A stretch of DNA of 64,000 nt from Takakia lepidozioides (GCA_030704615.1 CM060731.1:70556001-70620000), one strand, 5' to 3'. Positions 46,960 through 60,937 are shown, counted from the stretch's first letter. Notes: a model not told the origin generated them from the sequence alone. Numbers and translations: made by a program.

Positions 46960-49900
46960 GCGAGAAACAGTCATGAACTTTGATGATTCTATGCCAGTAA
47001 TCCAATTGAGAATTGGAAGCACAGATTTGACTGATGTACTGATAGATGTAGGCTCAGGAGTGAATATTATGACAGACCAATTAAGGCAGAAGCTTGGTTT
47101 GAGTAACATGAAACAAGCCCCATTTACAGTAACAATGGCAGATCTACGGAATGTACAGATTCAGAAGATGATATTTAAGATCACAGTGACTGTGTTGAAA
47201 ATGGATGATGTCATGGAAGCTTACTCCTTATTGCTGGGTCGACCATGGCTGAAACAGGCCAGGGTATTCCATGACTGGAATTCCTAGTTACTGACTGTGC
47301 ATGATGGGAAGCACAAGATACAGGTCACCACTAAAAAATCTAGTAGGCTACCTGCTACCACCTCGTGGAGTCAGGGAGTATGACTGGAGGGGAGGACTTG
47401 ATGAGGAGCAGGAAGCTACCTTGTTTGCTGCACACCCAGAGTGGGAGCAGGTTACAAAAATGCAACTGGGAGGTCTGAGTTGCTTTAAAGGTATCTGTTG
47501 TGGTGCAGTAACAGCAACACCAATTGAGGGGAAAACAAGTAGTTACCCACCACATATCTATGAAGAAAGAGAGGGAGAAATAGAAATCCTAGAAGAACCA
47601 GCCACCGTGAGTTTACAGGATGAAGTAGTGGCTGGATGGACAATCACAGCTGAGGAGCAAGTGAGAGAAGTGAATGTGGGAACTGAGGAAGAACCAAGAA
47701 TGGTGAAAGTAGGGGCTGACTTGGAGCCAGAATTCTTTGAGGAAACTAAGAGCCTGTTTATCAAATACAAAGATGTATTTGCTTAGAGCTATGAGGATCT
47801 GAAAGGGATACCACCTGAGATCTGCCAACATAAGATTGAACTGGAACCAGGGTCAGTACCAATCAAATATACAAGGTACAGGATGAATCCCAACCATGCA
47901 CAGAAGGTTGGGGAAGAGATCAAGAAGTTGGCTGAGGCTAAGTTCATATACCCGATAGAGTATACAACTTGGTTGTCACCCATTGTGATAGTTCCCAAGA
48001 AGAATGGCAAACTGAGAGTTTGTGTGAGCTATAAAAAGTTGAATGCTTGTACAAAGAAAGATCTCTTTCCCTTGCCATTTAAAGAAGCTGTATTGGACAC
48101 TGTGGCAGGCCATGAGATGTATTCGTTCATGGATGGCTTCAGTGGGTATAACCAAGTGCAAATGGCGGAAGAAGACCAGGGAAAGACAGCTTTCATCACA
48201 GACTGGGGTGCTTATGCATACAAAGTCATGCCTTTTGGTTTGTAATGCACCAGCAACTTTTCAGAGAGTGATAAGTGAATTCTTCCATGAGTATCTGGAT
48301 GATTTCATGCAAGTGTTCTTAGATGACTTCAGTGTGTACAACTCTAAGAATGAGCACTTGCAGAAGTTGGAGTTATGTTTGGCCAGATGCAGGATGAGAG
48401 GTCTTGGTCTTAATCTAGAAAAGTGTAATTTCTGTGTGAACTCAGGGATACTACTGGGACACATTGTGTGTAAGAAGGGACTGCTTATGGATCCTAGAAA
48501 GACAGAGGCTATTAAAGCCTCACCACCACCAAGTAACGTTAAGGGTCGAAGGAGGTTCCTTGGACAAACTACTTATTATAGAAGGTTTGTCAGACGATAT
48601 GCACAGATGGTAGCTCCAACAAGCTTATGAAGAAGGATGCAGTGTTTGCATGGACAGCTGAATATCAACAGGCATTTGAAGCACTTACATTGTCAGTAAC
48701 AACTACACCTGTGCTGATTAACCCTCACTGGCATGTAGTATTTCATGTACACTGTGATGCCTCAGGAGAAGCATTGGGAGATGTGTTAGCCCAGAATGTC
48801 ACAGGAAACATAGATTCACCTGTGTACTATGCTAGCAGATTGTTGAACAGTGCGCAGAGGAACTATAGCACTACTGAAAGAGAAGCTTTGGCAATGATTT
48901 ATGCAGTCAAGAAATTCAGGGATTATCTATTGGGAAGGAAGTTTATGTTTTATGTGGATCATCAAGCTTTGATTTATTTGGTGAACAAACCTTTGATAAG
49001 TGGTAGGATAACAAGATGGATGATAATCTTGCACGAGTTTGAATTTGAAGTTGTTTACAAGCCTGGCTGTTTGCATCTTGTGGCAGATCACTTGTCACGG
49101 CTATCAACAGGAGAGGCCGCCACGGGAGTGGACGACCAACTACCTAACGCGAGTTTATTTGCAGTGGAAGTGCAGGGAAATGCAGATGATTGGTTAGATT
49201 GGCAGTGGCCAATCAGATATTACCTTACTCATGGTCAGTGCCCACCCAGTTATGGGAAGGAGCAAAGGAAAAGAATAGCTATCAAGGCTTTACCATATAC
49301 TATAATAGGGGGAAGATCATATAAGCCGGGACCTGATGGAATTCTTAAACGATGCTTGTACCACCATGAAGTAAATAAAGTTTTGGAAGGAGTTCATAAA
49401 AGAGTGGCTGGAGGACATTTTAGAGAGGAGACTACCAGTAGAAAAATACTACTTGCAGGTTACTGGTGGCCTACTTTGTTCAAGGATGTACACAAGTATT
49501 GCAAGAGTTGTGATGGGTGTCAGAGGCTAGGACCTTTGCAAAGATCTGGGAAGATGGCTTTGCATCCTACGATGCCTACTGAACCATTTCAGAAATGGGG
49601 ACTAGACTTTGTTGGACCAATTAATCCACCAGCCAGGAATACACAGAACAAGTATATAATCACAGCTACTGATTATACTACAAAGTGGGTGGAAGCTAAG
49701 GCTCTGAGGGACAACACAGCTAAGTCCACAGCAAGGTTCATGTATGAGAACATCCTCACAAGATTTGGCTGTCCCCTGGAATTTATCAGTGACCAGGGAA
49801 GTCACTTCATTAATGAGACCATAGAACTATTGACTAAAGAGTTCATGATTGTGCACAGGAAGAGTACAACCTATTACCCACAGGGCAATGGGCAGGCAGA

Positions 49901-50450
49901 GGCCACCAACAAAATACTATGCACTATTTTGGCTAAGATAGTCAATGCAAACAGAACGGATTGGGATACAAAGCTGTTGACAGCTTTGTGGTCATACAAG
50001 ACTTCATATAAAGTCACCACCAAGTATACACCATTCCAATTAGTTTATGGTATGGAAGCTTTACTTCCAGTATAATTCTTATTACCTACCATGAGAACTA
50101 AATGGGGAAGAGAATGGAATTGGAGGATTCAATTAAAGTCAGGAAACATGAATTATATCATGTGGAGGAAGTACGTGCTGATGCAGCAGATAACATGACC
50201 AGAATTCAGATGAAGAGGAAGGATCAGTTTGATGAAGAAAATTGAAGACTTTTAAGACAGGAGATTTGGTACTCTGATCGCAGAAGAAGGGAAAGATTAA
50301 AGCTTATAAGCTTAAGTCACCATGGAAAGGACCTTATGTCATATAGAAGATGTATGATAACAACACAGCCATGTTACAGACCATTAACAAAGAGATGCTT
50401 GGAATAGTCAATGCCAATAAGCTGAAGGGATACAGTGGTATCCATGATAA
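46960..50450 (+). pseudogene. pol (protease, RT, RNase H, integrase) with multiple stops and frameshifts
   Basis: VLIDVGSGVNIM; WLSPIVIVPKKNGKLRVC; MDGFSGYNQ; MPFGL; FLDDF; HCDASG; YSTTEREALA; WGLDFVGP; ISDQGSHF; GNGQAEATNK. Confidence 0.93.
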
Positions 50451-50953
50451 ACCGTTGCAGCATGATTTGCATCTTGAAACACAGATGCAGTCACAGCCTA
50501 CACGGTAACACCAACGGAGCATGAAGCACTTGTCGTAAGGCTGAATGTGTATGGCCATCGCAGAGAACACGGGTGTTCACACAGCCATCTCAGCTCACCA
50601 CAGTTTACCACAGCATATCAAAGCTCACCACAATTTGACATAGCCTATCACAGCCCAACACAACCCACACAGGTTGCACAGTCCATAGGGTCAGTGACAG
50701 GTGGACGCAGTTTGGAAGTCAAACTCGGAGAATGTGCCACGCGGACTGAGAAGAACGGGAGCATGTTTAAAATCGAACACATGGCCTTAGGGGCAAAGTG
50801 CTCCGTATTGCATGTACTGCAATAGCGGGTGCCATCATGCAATAAGACAAACAGGGCCGTCAAAGTACCTACCCGGTACCTCAGCCGAAACTAATTACGG
50901 GCCCATTAATGCATCCAAGGGGCAGGTAACGGAACCCTTTACGCGTACAACAA

Positions 50954-53276
50954 ATGGGGACATTTGCCACATGTGCTGTCCTAGTGGGCATTCCAAGTGG
51001 GAATGTGAAACAGATGGGGGTAAAACTGAGAGGTTACCCGATGAGGCAACAACTAATCAGGATCGTGAATTTCATGCAAGTGGTTCCCTCCAAGAAACAA
51101 GAACAAGAAATTAAAAAAGTTATGAGCGGAAGAGTACTCTTAGGGGTTGCTCTGAATAACCAGCGTCTCGACGGGAGGGGCAATCAAAGTTTGTTGGGCA
51201 CCTATGTGAAATCTCATGTTCCTTCCACACAATTGGCAGTATTGAGGGAGGAGCTCAAGCAAGAGTTTGAGGCAAGAATTGTCATTGAGTGTGCAAATAA
51301 GGTGGATGTGGAAGCCAACCTCAAGTTGCAAAAAAAGTTGGAGGACACAAGGGCTGCTCTACAGCTTGCGAAGGAAAACTGGATTGAATCAGGTCTGGAG
51401 CAGGAAAAGTTGCATGAAGTACATAAGCAACAACTATACCAGTTGCAGGTGAAGCATGAGGGTAAATTGCAGGAACTGAAGTTGCTACATATAGAGTTGG
51501 AGTCAGTTCATCAGAAAATGACCATCCAATGTGCCACACTAACAACTACTCTGGAGCTGACTGCATTAGAAGTTAAGAATCAGGCTGACAGATGTTTGAT
51601 GGTGGAGGCTGAATCAGTGGAGCAGACAAAACTCATTGCTGACTTGAAGGCCACTATCCATCGCAATGAGGATACCTTTCAACAGTACAGTCAGGTTGAG
51701 GCTCAGAAGGACAGGCAGGTACATCCTTGAGTTGCAGCAAACACTCACAGCACGAAAGAATGAGCTTTTTGTGACAAACAAGGTTTGGAAGGAAGTCAAT
51801 AATCTGTCTGCTGCCTATGCAGCTCTGGTTGAACCTCATGCAAAGCGCATGGAGAGTTTGCAGCAGCAGTTGCAAACATATAGACTCAAGGAGGAGCATG
51901 ATCTCAGGGGTGCTACACATGACTTGGTGGATAATCATCTTTTGCAAGTGTGGTTAACACAAGGACCGGTGGAAGGGAAGGCACCAAAGAAGCTCACCCA
52001 AGAGGAGATGAATGATCTCAGACTGCAGGTGCAAAACATTGTCACAACCACTATAGACAATGTCTATAGTCGAATAGCTGAGTTGCAAGATGATGTGGAA
52101 GGGCTGCAGACTCAAATGGATGACTTGAGCTCCAACATTGACAAAAGAGCCTTTGTTCCTGAGGAACAGCTGGTGACTGCTTATTTGCATGCGCGGACTC
52201 CGATTTTCCAATCCTCATCACAGGAGGTGCAGGACTTGCCAACAATAGGAGGGACATTGCCACCCATATCACAGCAACCACAGTAGGTCGACACTGTTGA
52301 TACCATGGCTTTGCAGCAATCTGAGGTTTGGGGGGATGCTTATTTTACCCACCTAAGACTCCTGCTGCACTTGAGTACAATCGGGCTATGATTATGCCAT
52401 TCAACCAAATTCCATTGTGATGGATTTGGCTTGGAAGGAATTCAGTCCTCCACAGTTTTTGGCACACTATTACCAGATCATGCGCATTTGGTTGCCAGTG
52501 GCAACTCGGACTAAGGTTCTTCCGAATAACTGACCCAATGAAGATCACCATTTTGCAAGGTATTGGTCTGAGGCAGGCACCATGCTGAAGGAATTAATTG
52601 CCTTCCAGATTGTTCATGGGTATATCTACGCCAAGACCAAGGAGGTACCTAGCCTGGTCATGGGTTGTGGTTTATACTATGCTGCTTGTTTCATTGCACG
52701 CTATCACATTGAGCAGCAGAAGATGCAGACGAGATTTCAGAGTTATTCCACTGGGGATCATTGGGTCTTACCTTCAGTCCTACCCCATACGTATCTGTAT
52801 GATGTGAGGATCATGTTGCAAAAAGATCCCCAATTTCGTTCTTGGTTCAATTTTGCTTTGGACAATTTGGCCAAAGAAACATTGGGCCTTGACGATCTTT
52901 TTTATAAGGGACATGAAGCCAGGAAATACTTACACTGTTCCAAGGTCATTGGTCACTCACCTATACGGACAAGGAGCTCCGGGAGTACACTAATTTTGCT
53001 CGCAAGAGATTGATGCAAGTTTTAAAGTTTGAACTTCCAGACATGGTGGGCAAACACTGTGTGCCACGCAGGAGGATTCCCGAGAAGGTAAGAGCACCGA
53101 AAGTCCACAGGGGGGAAGATGATTTTGATACAACTGGTTCTGTGGAGGAACCTTTTGACATGGCTGAGGACTATGCACTGCAAATGGCAGAAAAGAAACG
53201 ACGGGGATCTCCTATGCCTGAGAAGGTACCTCCTTATCAACCAAAGGAAGGACAGACATTTCCATTTGGTGACTAG
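50954..53276 (+). pseudogene. Additional sense ORF between pol and the 3' LTR, coiled-coil rich, function unknown
   Basis: Overlapping or near-contiguous ORFs 50954-51730, 51666-52286, 52582-53013 and 53010-53276, with L/Q/E/K heptad-like composition. Lies inside the LTR boundaries. Confidence 0.7.
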
Positions 53277-53424
53277 TCATCTCCACCAACCAGTGACAGA
53301 GCTCGGGCTCGCACACAGAACCCTCCACAAGACTCTCACCGACAGAAGGGTGCTCGTTCACAGAGGTTTGCTGATCCTAATAGTAAACCGTGAGGACACG
53401 GCTTTTTGAGAGGGGGAGGGGTAA

Positions 53425-54351
53425 TGTTAGAGGGCTGTCTGGGACTTAGACAGTTTTACGGGTTCTGTGGGGTACCCTTAATTTTTGCGCAGACTTACGG
53501 ATGGTAGACTTAGACCAACATAGGCCTTAGGGGTGGTAGACAGGCTTACATAGTCAGTCATAGTCTTACACAATTAGACACAGCCTTATACAGCTTACAC
53601 AACCTATCACAGTCTATCACAACCCGACACAGCCCGACACAGTTAACCACAACCCGACACAGCTTCATACAGCCAGTCACAGCTCGACCCAGTCACAACA
53701 TTCACAGTTTGACACAGCTCGTCACAGCATTCACCAGGAACAGTTACCATGGTAGGGAACGACTGTGTGGGAACGACATCTACAGAGGGAATGTACATTC
53801 TGTCTGGACGACAGTTAGTTAGTTAGGCGGTTAGAACAGCTTGTAGGTAGAATAGGCAGAGTAGCAACAGGGAGGACACTTCTGGGATCACGACTTGGCC
53901 ATCGGAGAGAGAAGGACGATCTGGAGCTGAGGGATGGAGAGCGCAGTGGAGGAGGAGACACAAACTGTTGATGCTTGATTCATGCAAGCTGTAGAGTTGA
54001 CTGTAGAGTAGACTAGAGACACCATGGCTTCGGCCTGATACTTGATAGATCTTAATCTGATACTTATTCACACTGTGTAGAGAGAACTGAGTGAAGCTGT
54101 GGAATGAATGGATGAGTGATTGGAACCTGGTAGATTGCTGAAGCAATGTGATACTTAAATATAAATAGTACGGTAATTTGCTGACATGAAGGTAAGAAGG
54201 AACACAAACATGAAACACTCCCATGATACACTAGTTGTAGGTCATGACTTATTCTTCTGAGCGGGCTGAGTGCTTAGAGATATCCAATTCTTCTATCTTG
54301 GAGTTCCCACCTCGGATAGCGAAGGGATGGGTGAGTAAAAGCCGCTCAACA
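53425..54351 (+). repeat. 3' LTR (927 bp)
   Basis: Follows the PPT; tgttagagggctg...gccgctcaaca; contains the TATA-like aaatataaat at ~54157. Confidence 0.93.
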
Positions 54352-54884
54352 GAAATATGATAAGAGAATGATGTTGCCCTTTTCTTACACACAATACATC
54401 CAGTTCCTTTCTAACCGACCTGTAAATCAGTCTTACAATGTGGTGGTCTCCCAGGCTTTCCCTATTTTGGATATTTCCAGCAGCACTGACTTTGCCTGGA
54501 ATGAATGTTGTGTTCTTATCCAAACCCTTGGGAGGAATGGTTTCAAGACCAAGAAGCTGGTTCGAATCCTCATTAAGTTCCTGGAACATGGCTCTTTTCC
54601 TGGTCTCCACTTCCCGCTACACGAGCTAATTACCAAGCTAAGAGGTATAATGGATTCCACATGACCTTATACATGTCCTCTTTTGTTCAAGTGGCTAATA
54701 TGTATTTAAAAGGTGGAAGTAGGTTTTTTCCCAACCCCTTTGACAATCTTGTCCAGGGATTTGGAAATGCTTTTGCAATGGGAGAAACCTTATGGAGGGG
54801 TCTGGTATGCACTCCCTTACGGGGTGAGTGCATACCACACTCACTCCATAAGGGACTGCCATACCAGGGGCTGGTTGGTGGGTG
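54352..54884 (+). mobile_element. Penelope-like element, 3' part (thumb/C-terminus and 3' UTR)
   Basis: KYDKR..LPFSYTQY..SNRP..SYNVVVSQ..ISS..F..LIQTLGRNGF; stop at 54664 with no GIY-YIG domain following. Confidence 0.85.
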
Positions 54885-57850
54885 CCCCCTCTCTCCCTCT
54901 GTCTCCCTCCTCGGAATTGGCCGGTTGTATCAGTGTTTTTTTTCCTGTTTTTCCATCTATATCGGATGGATTCTAAACAGTGTTTTCACCCGCCCTATAA
55001 CGATTTTTTATCCATACCGAATGAATTACCTGGGTGGACACTAAATTACCTCTAAACTGGGTCTATGATTTTTTCATTCCTCTTTTATTGACTTTCATCC
55101 ATACCAGATGAGTCACCAGAGAATGAGGAATTACCTCTATAGGGGTTGACACTGGCATCCTATATATAATTTTTCCATCCATACCGGATGAAAAATACCA
55201 GGCTATTAATTCGTTTATTCCTCTTTTATGGCTTTTTTTCCGTACTGGATGAGGCATTTTTTTGGGGGATGTTGAATTACCTGTTAGGATGTGAAACCGT
55301 TGTCTTGGATGTTATGTACTGTTTTTCCATCCTACTGACGAACCTTCTCCAACTGGATGAACTTATTGACTTTTTCATCTGAACCGGATGAAATATGCAG
55401 CCTATGATGGCCCTGGACTGTTGTTTAATTACCCCTAATTATGGCTAATTAAGGAGTGAAACCCTAACCCCTACCCTATAACCTATTGTTTAAACCTAGC
55501 TAACGGATGACATCCATCGGGTTTCGAGAAAAGTGGTGTTGATTACTCATCCTACATGGATGAAAAATCAGGAATGGCCCTAGGGTGTCTCTCCTGCCAT
55601 CAGCAGCTCTCCTCGTACTTCTGAGCTCGCGGGATGAGAGTTATGGCGTTTGCGTTTTGCTGCTACCCTGTCTGCTGCTTCGTACCCATGCTGGACGAGC
55701 TCCTGGGAATGCGCAATGGGGGCGTTTTGTCTCTTCTCATAGACGGGAGACAATGCTATGAATGCATCGTCTCTTTCCCTCCTCTGGCTTTTATGTTTCG
55801 CATTGGCGCTTGTGTTGGGAAGTATATATCTCTCTTCCTTCTTAAACCTAGCAAGGATGCTTGTATGCTTCACTTCTCTTTAGCTGTGCTGGAGGTGGCT
55901 TGCTGGTGGCGATGGCACACAGTTATCTTTCCCAATCGCTCGAGGTGCTTTTGGTGATTAGGGTTTCTCTTACTTTATATCTTTCTCTCTTGCCTTTGAG
56001 GTTCTTAGTTGACATCGATGACAAGTGTAGGGGTCTGTGATTCATCTGGGGTTCCACAATCCTCACTAACCTGTTGGTTTTTGTGGGGGCTTGTGATGGG
56101 ACTAGGTGAGGATCCCTACTTGCTTTGAAATCTCTTGAGCTTGCAGATAAGGATGTAGGCAAAGGGAACCTATTCTGTATGGCGTCATGACTTGGCTTCT
56201 GCCTACAGCCCCGATTTCGGCATGCTTGCTCCTAGTTTGGCATGCTGATGCTTACTTTTGACTTTTGTTTTGCTGCTGTTGATGGAGCATTTCGGCCTGG
56301 CAGGCCTGTCTCTTGAAGCCCAACATCTGGACCTTACCTTGTCTTGAATCTTTGACAGCATTGCCTGTGGATTTTTAAACTAGGTACAGTTTTGGCCTTA
56401 AAAGAGGAATGATGGTTTAAGGGTAAAGGCATCAATGGCTGTTAGGTTCTAAGGAAGAGGAGGCCCTGTTTTTAAAGATGGCAGCTTGATAAGGCAATGA
56501 CAGGCCTCTTTGAGGCCTAGATTTGATGTGGAATGGAGCATAGCGAGGTTCTATTTGCAAAACATGGCATTAGCCTCCTGGAAAACAATGGTGGTAAGCT
56601 CTAATGGACCTTTGCCAGTGATTATTTGCCTCATTTTGCCATCAGACCAGCCACCTGCAATGTATGATTTATGTTTTTGGCCAAGTGGGCTTGGTCTGGG
56701 GCACTCAAAGTGTATGCGTGTCCATATCTTGAAGCTGTAATATGGCAGGCCTTTCTTCCATGCCAAAATGCCTTACATTATGCATATCTTGGGGCAACTG
56801 TACATGGTGTAGAATGAAGTTGCAGTCTGTCTTGTCATGCCCAAGTGGGTCACTTGGTTGCATGTTTGGAGTCTGATAAACTGCAGGCTGGTCCATCAAG
56901 ATCCTTGTGTACACAGGTCTTGAATCTGTACAATGACAGGCTGTTCTTACCTACCCAAGAGGCCTTGCACGATGCATGTCTTGGGGTACTTACAATTGGC
57001 CAAATGTGAAGCTGCAATATGGTTTGTCATGCCCAAGAAGTTTACTTGGTTGCATGCCTGAAATGTAATTAATTGCAGGCTGGTCCTTCAAGGTACTTGT
57101 ATGAACATATCCGTAGTAGGACAGGCTGTTCTTACCTACCCAAGGAGCCTTGCATGATGCATGTCTTGGGGAACTTAAAAACGGCAAAGAGCGATGTTTT
57201 GTCATGCCCAAGAAGTTTACTTGGTTGCATGTTTGAAATCTGGTAAATTGCAGGCTGGTCCTTTAAGGTGCTTGTATGTACATACCCTGAATCTGTAGTA
57301 GGGCAGGCCTTTCTTACCTACCCATGGAACCTTGCATGGTGCATGTCTTGGGCTATTTACAGGATTTTGGACATGAATGGATCCCGCCCTCCCACCCTGT
57401 TTTATCATGACTAAATGGGAGTTGTCACTTGGCATGCTATGACAAGACTGGAAGTGTTAGATGGTGCCTTGTCATGGGCTGTTTATGTATTTAATTGACA
57501 ATAACCCTACTGGGTCCTGTCCATGTCTAGACATGACATGAATATCTTCCCACTCTCTCCCTCTCTCTTATTAACTTTTTCTACCCCCTCTTTCCCTTTG
57601 TGGTTTTTTTTTTTTTTGTGAGCAGCACAAAAGAGAGGAGAGAGAGAGAGAGAAAGGGAGAGGGAGAGAGGGACAAAGAGGGACAGAGAGAAAGGGACAT
57701 AGAGAGGGAGTGAGAGGGAGAGATCAGGAAACAAAAAGAAAAAGAAGAAGGTTGGGGGGGGGAGTGACTGAGCAGCAGCTGCTCAGTCACTCCCCCTCCC
57801 CCCACCTTTTTGTTTTTTCTTTGTTGCCCCCTCTCTCCCTCTATCTCCCT
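54885..57850 (+). repeat. Macrosatellite unit, copy 2
   Basis: Matches 38955-41575 and then 38510-38975. Confidence 0.9.
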
Positions 57851-60052
57851 CTCTACTGGGAACCGACAGTTTGCCTATCAATGTTGATTTCCTGTTTTTT
57901 CACCCATACCGGATGAAGTTTTGACAGTGGCTCATCCATCATCTATCGACTTTTTCATCCATACCGGATGAGCCACCAGGATGGACACTGAATTACCTCT
58001 AGGATGTTTTTTTTGGCTTTTTCATTCCTCCTTTATTGACTCTCATCCAACCGGATGAGTCACCATGGAATGAAAAAATTACCTCTATGAAGGTTGCCAA
58101 CAACATCATGTTTTTTATCCATACCGATTGAAAAACTACCAGGATAATAATTTTTTTCATTCCTCTTTCATTGACTCTTTTTATCCATACCGGATGGTCT
58201 GGTGAGGAATGATGAATTATCTAGGTGGAGGTAAACCGCTGCCACGGATGATATTCCCTACTTTTTCATCCTGACATAGTGATCTGTTTATGGATGACGT
58301 GATTATGGCCTGGAATTGATCTTTACTACCCCTAATTATGATTAATTACGGGGGAAACCCTAACCCCTACCCTAAAACCTATTTTTAACCTTGTTGCGGA
58401 TGAAATCCGTCAGGATAAAATGTTGTGTTCTATTGTTTTTCATCCACGGATGAAAAATCGGGGAAAAAAACCCTATGTTGTCTCTCCCACTGTCAGAAGC
58501 ACGCGATGTGCTTCTGAGCTCGCGGGAAGAGTGTTATGGCGGACGTGCTTTGGTGGCTGCCCCGTTTGTGGTGTCGTACCCATACTGGACGAGCGCCTGG
58601 GAGGGGCGAAGGCGGCGCCTTGTCTCTCTTGCAGTGGGAAACACTGTTGTGAATGAAGTGGCATCTTCCCTCCTCTGGCTTTTAAGTTTAGCAAGGGCAT
58701 TTGTGCTGGGAAATATCTCTCCCTCCTTTATGGTGCCTTGCGTTTTTGCCTGCTTTTCTTCATTGCTCATGTGCTTTGTGGAGGCGGCTTGCTGCGGGTG
58801 GTGATGGCGCATAACCCTCTTCCCCAATCGCTTAAGGTGCCTTTGGAGTTTAGGGATCCTCATGTTCTTATCTTCTTCTCTTGCTTTTGAGTTTCTTAGT
58901 TGACATCGATGACAAATGTGAGGGTCTGTGATTCACCTGGGGTTCCACAATCCTCACTAATCTGTTGATTTTGTGGGGGCTTGTGATGGGACCAGGTGAG
59001 GATCCTCACCTACTTTGAAGTTTCTTGAGCATGCAGTTGGGATATGGGCTGAGGAGACCTGTGGGTTATTGCGCTGTGAGGTGGCTGCTGCTTGCAGCCT
59101 CGATTTCAACCCGACTGCTCCTGGTTTGGCATGCTACAGCCTGTGTTTTGGCCTTTGTCGTTTTGTCGTCGATGGGCAGCTCGACTTGTCTGGCCTGTTT
59201 CCTGAGGCCTGCATACAAACCATACCCTATCTTTTGATCTTTGACAGCAAGGCCTGTGGATTATTGAGCTAGGTTGTAAGTTCTTTGGGCCATAGAGGAT
59301 CTGGTTTTATGTGGTATGTTTTTGGCGGTTTTGGGTCTCTATGGACATGGTGGCCTTGAATGTTATGGCGGCAGCCTGATAAGGCACCGACCTGCTCCTT
59401 TTCGGGCCTGTTTCTGGTGTGTATTGGATCATAGTGAGGTGTTCTTTGCATGACTTAGCCTGGACCTCTTGAAGGATGAGGATGGTAAGCTGCAATGGGA
59501 TCCTACCTATAGTTTTGGCTTTGTCATGACATCAGGCCTATGCAATCTGGTTTTTTATATGCAAAAGAGGCTGGATCTCGGTTGTTCAAGTTGCTTGTAT
59601 GTACAAGTCTTGAATTTGCAATTTGACAGGCTGAATTCACATTCCCTTGACACCTTGTATGATCACATGTCTCGGGGTGAATACAAATGATATGGAATTT
59701 ATGTCATCATGCCCAAGTAGGACTGCTTGGTGAAATATTTTGATTCTGACAAATTGCAGGTTGGTCCTTATGCCTTGGCTGATGCATGACCTGCCGTAAT
59801 TAATGGCTGAAAATGTAAGATGCTGCAACCTGTTGGTCATGCCCAAGATGTATGTGTGAAAACGTGTCTTGAAATGGTAATAGGGCAGGCTGGACCATGG
59901 TACCTTGCCCTTTGCATGACCTCAGCATTTTGTGCTCCTTCAATACATGACCTGCTGGTAAGGTATGTGAGCAGGCTGAACCAAGAGCCTTGCAGCCTGC
60001 ATAGAGGCAACAATATCTTATCTTGTCCCACACAAGAACAAACCCCGCCCTC
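57851..60052 (+). repeat. Macrosatellite unit, copy 3 (strongly diverged)
   Basis: Same segment order (CATCC/GGATG block, aaaccctaacccctacccta, gacatcgatgacaa..gggttccacaatcc) at lower similarity. Confidence 0.8.
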
Positions 60053-60866
60053 AGTTCCAGCTTATGACTAAATTCAAGTCAGCCTTCATGTACATCGATG
60101 ACATATGCTGGTTGAATGTCGGTGATGCAAAGTTGTTTCTTGATCCTTCTACGGACAGAAATAACCAAAACCCATGGTGGGTTTACCTACTCAATGTGGT
60201 GGAGATTAAACCAGAGTTATTGAGAACCAAGGATGATATACCATACACTGGCTTGGAGGCATGCTTTATGTCAGTGTATTGAATTCTGATACCGGCCTTT
60301 TTCAGTTTCATAAATATGATAAGAGAAGGCTGAACTGCCTTTCCCTTACACACAGTACATCCAGTTTCTTTCTAAGAGGCCTGTGAATCAGTCCTACAAT
60401 GTTGTCGTCTCTCAAGCTTTACCTATTCTATACATTTCCAGCAGCACTGATTTTGCCTGGAAAGAATGTTATGTCCTTATCCAAACACTTGGGCGAAACG
60501 GCTTCAAGACCAAAAAGTTGGTTCGAATCTTGATAAAGTTCTTGTTCTTGGAACACGGCTCCTTTCCTGGCCTCTACTTCCCATTACACGAGCTTGTTAC
60601 CAAGCTAAGAGGTACAATGGATTCATTTAACCTCATCATTGTCCTTTCTTGTCCAATCAAAGGCTAATCACACACAGCAGATTGATGCTTGTGTGAAGGG
60701 ATTTCTAGCGGATATCTAGAAAACCCGGATTAATTCTATATATGAAGGTAAGTCTTACTACCAACGTCAGCCCCTGACAGAGGCAGGTTCTGTCCCTTTT
60801 GTTTCGCTCAAACTGGGCGCAGGGTCAATGGCCACAAGGCTACGGCAAACAACGTATTATGAGTAC
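60053..60866 (+). mobile_element. Second, 5'-truncated Penelope-like RT fragment
   Basis: MTKFKSAFMYIDDICWLNVGDA.. and YDKR..SYNVVVSQ.. closely match 43154-43415 plus 54352-54660. It shows the empty site of the Gypsy insertion. Confidence 0.9.
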
Positions 60867-60937
60867 TATCTTTTTAACTTTTTCTGCACCCTCTCTCCTT
60901 TGTGGTTTGTTTATTTTTGTGAGCAGCAAAAAAGAAA

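Larger units (their letters stand above)
43416..54351 (+). mobile_element. Full-length but decayed Ty3/Gypsy LTR retrotransposon (10.9 kb) with an extra 3' ORF
   Basis: LTRs 43416-44153 and 53425-54351 (TG..CA); 5-bp TSD gaaac/gaaat; PBS tggcgaccatactggg; PPT gagagggggagggg (53408-53421); gag-PR-RT-RH-IN order. Confidence 0.95.

Noticed and set aside
60770-60830. Minus-strand hammerhead remnant (gcccagtttgagcgaaac...tgtcagggg)
   Set aside because: The CUGANGA core is missing and it is antisense to the RT; too weak to call.
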